Assembly: GCA_036172245.1 (NCBI GenBank)
Contig: JAYWIR010000005.1
Span: 5,766,001-5,830,000 of the forward strand
DNA: 64,000 nucleotides
Reading direction: 5' to 3'
Source of the DNA: Raillietiella orientalis
Taxonomy: Eukaryota
Shown here: piece after piece, positions 40,220-64,000 of the stretch
Layout of the letters: each line of letters begins with the position of its first letter
Position numbering within the stretch: the first letter of the stretch is position 1
Program-made: the position numbers and the translations under genes
Notes under the pieces: generated by a model
The model's input: the letters and a program-made list of their open reading frames with translations, nothing else
What the model was told of the DNA's origin: nothing
Database searches by the model: none

Positions 40220-43200
40220 AAATCTTTCCCGGATCGCGCGCGCGCACAGCGACGCAGAACGTGCGTTGTGCCACATGGGAGCAGACGTGTGAAACCGGAA
40301 AGCAATCCTCCTTGGATCGGCGCCCCCTTAACTGCCCCAATGATTCAGGTTTCCCTCCTGGCTGCACTGCGGTTCATCCACCCTCCTCCGCCGCTGCGCT
40401 GCGCCAGTGTGGGTGTCGGCGTCAGGCCTGCCCGCCAAACCGCACTTTGACGGAAGGCCACTGATCCCTCGTGGAAGACCCGTTCGACCCTCATCTCCGG
40501 CAGAACCCCCCCTTCGGACACTCTCTTCAGAACCCGGGAAAGCGAACGGAAATGTCTTTACGGGAGGCAGTTCCTCGCATCCGCAATAGGAAGGCGCGAC
40601 CGGTGATCTCGCAGCTACCGTCGCCGTGCCGTCTCTGAAATGCTGCTCTGCTTTTCAGACTTCAGCTGAGAGATCTTCGCTACTCTAAAAATAACCTAAG
40701 GAAATCTTTTCGAAACGAGCCCCTCGCTGCTACTGCTGCCGGTGCTCCTGGTGCTGCTGTCACCGAAGCCGCAGCCTCCGCCACGAGAGCGGCGAACATG
40801 AGGATGAAGGTAAAGCGAGGAAGAGCTTCATTAAGTTCTGCAAGAATGATGGATGCGGCAATCAGCGGACTCAATCACCAGCAGGAAATGAACAAAAAGG
40901 ATCATTTCTTTGCGCGCACATCTTCGCTGATTAATCAAAGAGTGAAAAGTTTTGCAAGATGCGGCGTCGTAAAGTCCGCTTGTCGACAAGGAAACGCTGT
41001 CCTCCGACCGGTGCGAACCCGCTTGAAATATGCTGCTGTTAATCTCCGCTCCTTTGGGACTCCAGCAGGAGATTCACCTGGAGACGAGCAGTCGTTTTGA
41101 CACGTCTCTCCTCCCCTCTCCCTGGAACATTAATCTTCGTCCGTGGTCCTCATCCCAACATTCTCAAGTATCCCCACTTAAAAGCGGCTCTGCTACCACG
41201 CGCCGGCTCATACCGGGACGCGAGGATTCCTCCAGCTCTTGCCGTCTGCTGCGTCACCGGGTAGTAGGGTCCTCGAGTCCTTCGTCAACCCTGAAAAGCC
41301 CGGAGCCGACGTGTCCATCGCTCTCCCCCCCCCCTTTTCCCCTCTCCCAACCCCCTTTTTAAGGGCAGTTTTCTAATGCCTGATCTGTGCCAGCGCGGCG
41401 ATTCCCTGAGTGCCTCCTCTACAGCCCTCGAAGCCCTCGATCACGGGCTGCTGCTGGACACCTCATGACTCCCGAGTGACGGGGAGAGGCGCGCGCGCAT
41501 TCTTGTCGACGGGCAAATTTTTTCGAAAGTTTCCCGTTCTTCCGACAATTCATCACGTCTTTGTGCAGCGAGCTGGACCCGGTCCATTGTTCTCGGAAGG
41601 TGTCTCATGCCGCTGCAGCATTCCTACCTCCCTCTCCCTCCCCCCCTTCCGCCTTCCCTGAAGTCTCGGTGCACCGACACGTGTCGCTCCGAAGTCACGA
41701 AAGAGCTGACCTCGAGCGCGCGCACGCCTCGGAACACGTCGGCCCGGAGCGACGCCAAGTCTTCTTCGGTTTGTGTCAGCATGCCTGCTGCCTCTTTCCT
41801 CTTCTTTTACTTTTCCTTCTTCTTTTTTTATTTTTGCCTTTTGCCCTTGATGCCTTTTCTGATCCTTCAAGCTTTCTTTGGTCGCGGGGTTTGGAGAGAG
41901 ATCACTTTGCCCTTCCGGTTCCTTCCAGAGCAGCGACAGCGGCGGCAGTCACAGCGTGCCTTCTTCAGCGTGCTCTTGGATCCCCTCGCTCCCCTGCAAC
42001 CGCGACGCAGCTGTTTCTTCTTTCTGTGTAGGAGAGGGGGGAGGAGACCCTTGCTTCCTCATTCAGCCTCGGGCTCTCCCGCTTCATTGGGCGCGGGCGG
42101 CGGTACACCTGCCTCCGCCGACTTCCGCCCGCAAAGTGTGCGCGTGTTAAGACAAAGATCAAGCATCGCGGCAACAGAGAGAGAGGAAGAAAACAGCGAA
42201 GTGGTAGCCGGTGCGAAACGGAGGACACAAACTGAGGGGGAGGAGCGGCAGAGAAAAAGATGAGCCGAAAGGGATCCAGCCGCCACCACCAGCAGCAGCG
42301 GCACACGCTCGTCGCTAGGGTGGAACTCTGTTTGGAAACAACCTCTCTCTCCTTCCAGACCTGAGTGAACCTCCTGCCAATTAACCGAAAGAATTCCACG
42401 CGCGCCTTTTTCGCGCGTACGGCGCAGTGGAGGCCAAGGAGGCGCAGCTTCCCGTCTGCGGAGAAGAGTGTGGCCCTCGAAGCCATAAAAACGCTCGAAG
42501 ACTCGATGTCCGTCCTGCAGAAAAAGGAGGAGGAGAGGGGAAATGGGTTTACAGCCCGGTGTCGGACGATACTCGGGTCACTCACAGAGAAAAAGCCCCA
42601 GAGGAAGAGGAAGAACCACCTTTGAAATGCCATTCAGCCCGGGCTGCGACGTCGGGAGGAAGGGGAAGGCTGAAGGATACTTGGGTCCCAGTGGATTCGA
42701 GGCGCAGCCCGAAGCCGGCTGTTCTTCAGGCGGGCTGTCAGCTTCTCTTAATGCATCCATCAGTCGTTCCCATGACACCGCTTTTCCGAATCGGCGCGAA
42801 GCGTGCGTCGCCCGGCGCGTGTTTTTTCAACAAGTGTAGTCGGGGAACAGGGAAGTGGGGAGGAGGAGCTGTCTTCGCGGGAAAAAACGTACGTGTACAC
42901 AAGCAAAACACCGGTCGTCTGACACAGAAACAAGTGTTTTCAAAGAGAGGAGAAAAGCATTTGTTCGCAGCCTCCCATCTCCCCGGCTCCAAAGAACACG
43001 CAAGAGGAGCGGCGAATGCTCTCAGCGGAAGAACGGCGGCGCCGTGCGTAATGGAAGGAAAGGAATAAAAAGAAAAGAAAAGAAAAAAAATAGGAAGAGG
43101 GGGAGAGAGAGAGACAAGTGAAGATGTTTCGCCTTTTCCTTTTCAATTCCAACACCTTCATCTGCAGCTTTTCATGGTGGCAACAGCGAAGTCATCCCAA

Positions 43201-46200
43201 AGCAGGTTCTTCGAAGCTTAATCCAGCACGATCTTGTGCCATCTTGGGCAGAGGTGCTGCTATCAACGGGTCAACTGACCAGCAAGATCTCGGTGTCCTT
43301 GTGAAGAGATGCTGCCCGTGAGCGGATGAATGACCGAGTCTGCGGTGTCGATGGTGCAATGAGTCTCTTTCGGCCAACGAGCCGATAACGATGCTCCTGT
43401 GGGGACGACGCTACTTTGTACAAAGTGAAAACTTTTCTCATATGTACACAAGGAAAGATGCTGGAAATCCGAAAGAGCTGGCGATGGTTGCAAGACGGCG
43501 GCATTCCCTTCCGCCCAGCTGATTCTCAACCTTTGGGTGGAAGACGGGAATTCCTGCTTGCAGTGACGTCAGACGTCAGCAGAGGAAAAGCCAACAGTGA
43601 GAAGGCTGCATTCGGGAGACCCTCGTCCGGACGGTCGATGAACCCACGGAAGTGAGCCACTTCAGCTGGAGGAACCCGCATCTCATTAGCCGGCCCAACT
43701 TCCTGATGTGATTGCAGTCTTATCTCAGTCGGGAAAGGCGTCTTCTTCATGAGTTGCGGATTGCAGTCTCCGTCACGTGGGGAATCTCGCAGACCATCTC
43801 TTCAGACCTCCAGAGTCTGAAAGTCAGGTCCAGACTCTCTCCAGAGGCCAGAGACTCCCTTCAGAAACCCTTCTCAGTCGTTCTCTTCCATAACCTTACT
43901 TCGTAGCACGTGTTGCAGTTTATGTATGAGTATGCAAAGAGTGACCTCGGACCTCTTCCTCAATCCCTCTCACTTTTCCAGAACCAACAAGGGTTTTTGA
44001 GTAGCCTCAACATTCTTCAACAGCCATCGAGAAAACATACACCTCAGCGGTTTTCAACCTCCACGCTCTGGATAGGGAACTCTTTATGGTCTGCTTACCC
44101 ACGATTCTAACTTTCGTTCAGGTCCGGAAGCACCCGACACGGTGAGTGAAGGAGGAGTACAACGATGTTCATGCAAAAGAACTTCCTTGTGGAAGCTGGA
44201 GTGAGCATCTGGAGTGTCATCTGAGCTTCTGCAAAGACCAGTGGCTGTCATGGATGGCGATGACCTCCATGCACAAGAAACGCGGCCTCTTCTAATGAGT
44301 CAGAGACTGGCGGAGCGCTTGGGTTTCCGCCTCTGGTGAGAAGGACAGCATCCTTCTCCTTCTGTCAGCGTCTAAGAGAGCCAGAAGAGAAAGCAAGGAG
44401 AAGGAGGGGAGACGATAGCGATGTGGATGAGGAGAATGGAAGAGCCAACGATTTGCTTACCCATGGTAGCCTCCGTCTTCCAGCAGCATCCAGAGTGCAA
44501 CGAAGGGATGGCAAGGGACGAGCTCGGTGCATTCCGGAATTCAGAAAATGCCCTCTCTCTGTGCCTTGAACCCTGGAAAGATGTTCAATCTTCTCGGACA
44601 ATCGATGCCTTCCGGACTCCGCCCTGCGGCTCGTCCGCGCGCGCGAGTTGCGCTCGGTCGCAAAGAGGGCTCAACCCGTTCATCCTTCCTCCCATAGGAA
44701 GTGCCTGCTGGTCAGATCCAGCTGGCCAGCAAGAGAGGTTTCCTGGGAGACCTTCATTCCTCGTAGCAGGAAGCCAAGGAAGAGTAGCCCCTTACGTGGC
44801 AGTCTATGATTTTCATCTTGCCCTCTCCTCCTCCCAGAACGAGTCCCCTCGCGGTCGCTCGTAACCTGTCCTCGTAGGAAACTGAAGGGAACGACCTCGG
44901 CTGTCCTCCTTTGAGGACTCGGAAACCATGGCGCTCCGCTCAACAGCGTATTTGGATCGCGCGTCACAGCTGATCCTGACCCGCGCTAGAGGGGCACCAC
45001 TCCCGCTGGTTTCCAGGCCACTGAGCAAGCTCCGCCGATGGAGCCCTGCAACCCGTCACCCTGTAGGGCTTCTGACACTCTCCTCTCACATCTAGCGCAC
45101 CCACGGACTTAGGATGTCAGTCTCGTCCTGCCAGGGAGACACCAAGACCAGCTCGTCTGCGAAACTGTTGCAGAATCTCCGAGGGGGAACAGACAATCCA
45201 GATTCCGACTCTGATCTCCTTTCTGCCCCGATCCTTCTGACCCGAGAGTATCCACCCTTCGTCTTCCAGATTTTCCTCTTCTGACATCCAGCACCAACCT
45301 GCTTCGGTCCGTGGATTGATGACTCTCCTTGATAGGGGGCATTATCCTGGAGAGACCGGTAGCTAAGCGAAGGGACAAAGGGGGTCTGCACCAGGGCGAC
45401 CGCAAGAATAGGTGCACCTTCAAGGTTCTGCTCTGAGCAGGAGAAATTCTCTGGGCTGGGAGTCCGCCGCCGGCGTAGGACACGTCCTGAACGCTTCCCA
45501 AACTACGGCGCCGAGGACGAAAGCAGCCGACAGCATGGCGCTCCGAGCCCAAGGTGTGCACGTCCCCAGGTTCCCGAGTAGAGGGAAGGGATGGTTCGGA
45601 GACAGTCTGTCGTCGCAGGGCGGTTCCGCGAAGAGGCCCCAGCAATTCGAGGAAAAGCGCCTATGACACGAGAACGCGCAGGCACCTTTCCAGGAGTCCC
45701 ACCTGGAAAGAAGGCCCACCCCTTCTCCCCCGGGCAGTGCTCGACGCAGAATCTGCAGAAAATCCCAGGTGCGGCGACAGGGGTGGTGATTCCTGCCCGA
45801 GGAAAAGTGGGAACCAGGAAGCGGAAGAAGAGCGGATAGGGAGAGACGCTTCTCCACTGAGGAAGCGAGGGGGAAGGAGGAGGGATAACCGCTGCCCCCG
45901 AATGGCGAGCGCGATGCGAAGGCAGCTCCTGAGGGACAGTGGCCTTGAGAGAAGAGGAACTCCGGACCACTACCTGGAATAGAGCGACGGGACCCGCCCT
46001 TGAGCATCGGAAAGGGCAGTTCCCTGCTCAACCACAGCTGCAACGGGGTCCATTCTCGTCCCTCTTCCCCTTCCCTACTACCCACTTCTACCCATTCCCC
46101 TCCCCTCTCTCCTCCCATCCTATGTTCATCTTTTGCATCTTCCTCTTCCTGCCCCTCCTCTTCCCTTCCTTACCCTTCTCTTCCCGTCTCCCTAGAGCGA

Positions 46201-46379
46201 GCCAAAAAAAAAAAAAAAAAAGGAAGAGTGAAAAAAGCAGGGGGAGAGAATCCTTCAATATCCTCTACTCCTCTTTTTTGTAGAGGGGGGGAGAACGCAG
46301 GAAGGAGTTCGGAGAGGTTGGGGGTGAGCAGAGGGGAGACCTCTCCTCACTTCCGCATTTTCTTCTTTCCCTTTTTTTC

Positions 46380-46808
46380 CGCGCTGTCCCGTTCCAGCGG
46401 GCGCAAGAAGAGCGCAGGAGAGGGTAGGACGGGAGGCCGCGCGCGCGCGTCCTGCCGACAGGCGGCGATGGCGTCGGCAGCGTCGGCGTCGGCGTCGGCG
46501 GCCGCGCTTTTTCTCCCGCGAGCCGAGGAATTCCGCGCTTCGGGGAAAAGCGGGCGGGCGGGCGGGCGTGCGCGGGGGGGAGGAGAAGCCCGGCGGCAGC
46601 GGCGGCGCGCGCTCGCGTCGTTGCCTCCGCGCCGTCGCCGGAGCGAATCGGCGGCGAGCGCGCGCGCGCTCCGCGCCCGAGGATGGTCGCCGCAGCGCTG
46701 CGCGTACCGCGGCGGTGCGCTCCGCCGCGCGGCTCTCAGGTGATCCCGAGATTCGCGGCCGCGCAGTCGTCGCTCCGCGCCGCTCGCCCGCAGCAGCAGC
46801 CGTCAGCA

Positions 46809-46840
<32 letters not shown>

Positions 46841-47498
46841 GAGGCGCGCAGTGCCAGCCAAGGAAGTTTTTTTTTTTTTGTTTCCTCCCCTCCTCCTCCT
46901 CCTCCTCTTTCCCCCGGTCCCCCCCTCCCGCCATCTCCTCGAAGCTTCTCCCAGTTCTCGCGGGAGAGCAAAGAAGCAGCCGTGAAAGAAAGGGTACCCG
47001 GCCCCAGCAGCAGAAGCACCAGAGGACCTACGACCCTCGCCCCCGTCGTCCCACTCGCTGCTCCCATCGCCTTTTCTCCCCCACTTCCGCCTCCGGGGAG
47101 GTCTCGTCGTCAATCGTTCCTGCTCCGTCATCCCTTCCCCCCACTTCCGTTCCTCCCCCGGGGAGACCCTTTTTTTTTGTTGTTTTTCCTGGTCCCCCTT
47201 CACCCGCCGCCTCCTCTCCCAGCCGAGCACCTCTCCCGGAGGAGAGGAAAGGAAGGAAGAAAACAAGGAGGACCCGGACGTCCGAAAGCAAAGGCGGCGG
47301 CGCTCCCCCACCTGCCTTCTCCGCAGGTTTCCCCCTCCCTCCTCCCCCTGGTGACCGCCGCCGAGGAAAGGCTCGGCGACGGGCCAGCGGCCAGCAGAGG
47401 CCGCTGCGTCCTGCGCATGGGAGAGCTGCGACCGGGCGCACCCCGGGAAGTGTTGCCTCCCCGCATCTCTCTGCTCTTCCCCCCACGCCCCCTCCGCG
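46380..47498 (+). promoter_or_regulatory. Very GC/CpG-rich island immediately 5' of the ci start codon; probable promoter/5' UTR
   Basis: Highest GC and CG density in the window by eye, with (GCC)10 and flanking poly-A/poly-T runs. Candidate acceptor cctgccttctccgcAG at 47325-47326. TSS not identifiable. Confidence 0.5.
46809..46838. repeat. (GCC)10 trinucleotide repeat
   Basis: Ten uninterrupted GCC units about 660 bp upstream of the ci ATG. Confidence 0.95.

Positions 47499-64000
<16,502 letters not shown>

Overview
Eukaryotic (animal, most likely arthropod) genomic DNA, not prokaryotic. The only gene I can support is a + strand cubitus interruptus/Gli transcription factor (Hedgehog pathway effector). 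I reconstructed its 5' part by hand as 11 phase-consistent GT-AG exons from ATG 47499 to the window edge, giving about 662 aa; the C-terminal activation half lies beyond the window. It includes the N-terminal Gli motif, the SYGHL Sufu-binding motif and five C2H2 zinc fingers. The upstream ~46 kb and the large introns 1-2 contain no recognisable protein-coding sequence, and the listed ORFs there look like GC-rich, low-complexity noise. That region reads as a regulatory landscape with CpG-rich blocks, homeodomain/Sox/Gli motif clusters, microsatellites and a 32-bp minisatellite. The best leads are post-transcriptional: stop-free 3n mini-introns beside the Sufu motif, two possible routes to a truncated repressor-like isoform, and a uORF overlapping the start codon. 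There is also a perfect Gli site in the gene's own first intron. All of these are hypotheses. I found no CRISPR array, RNA gene or intact mobile element.
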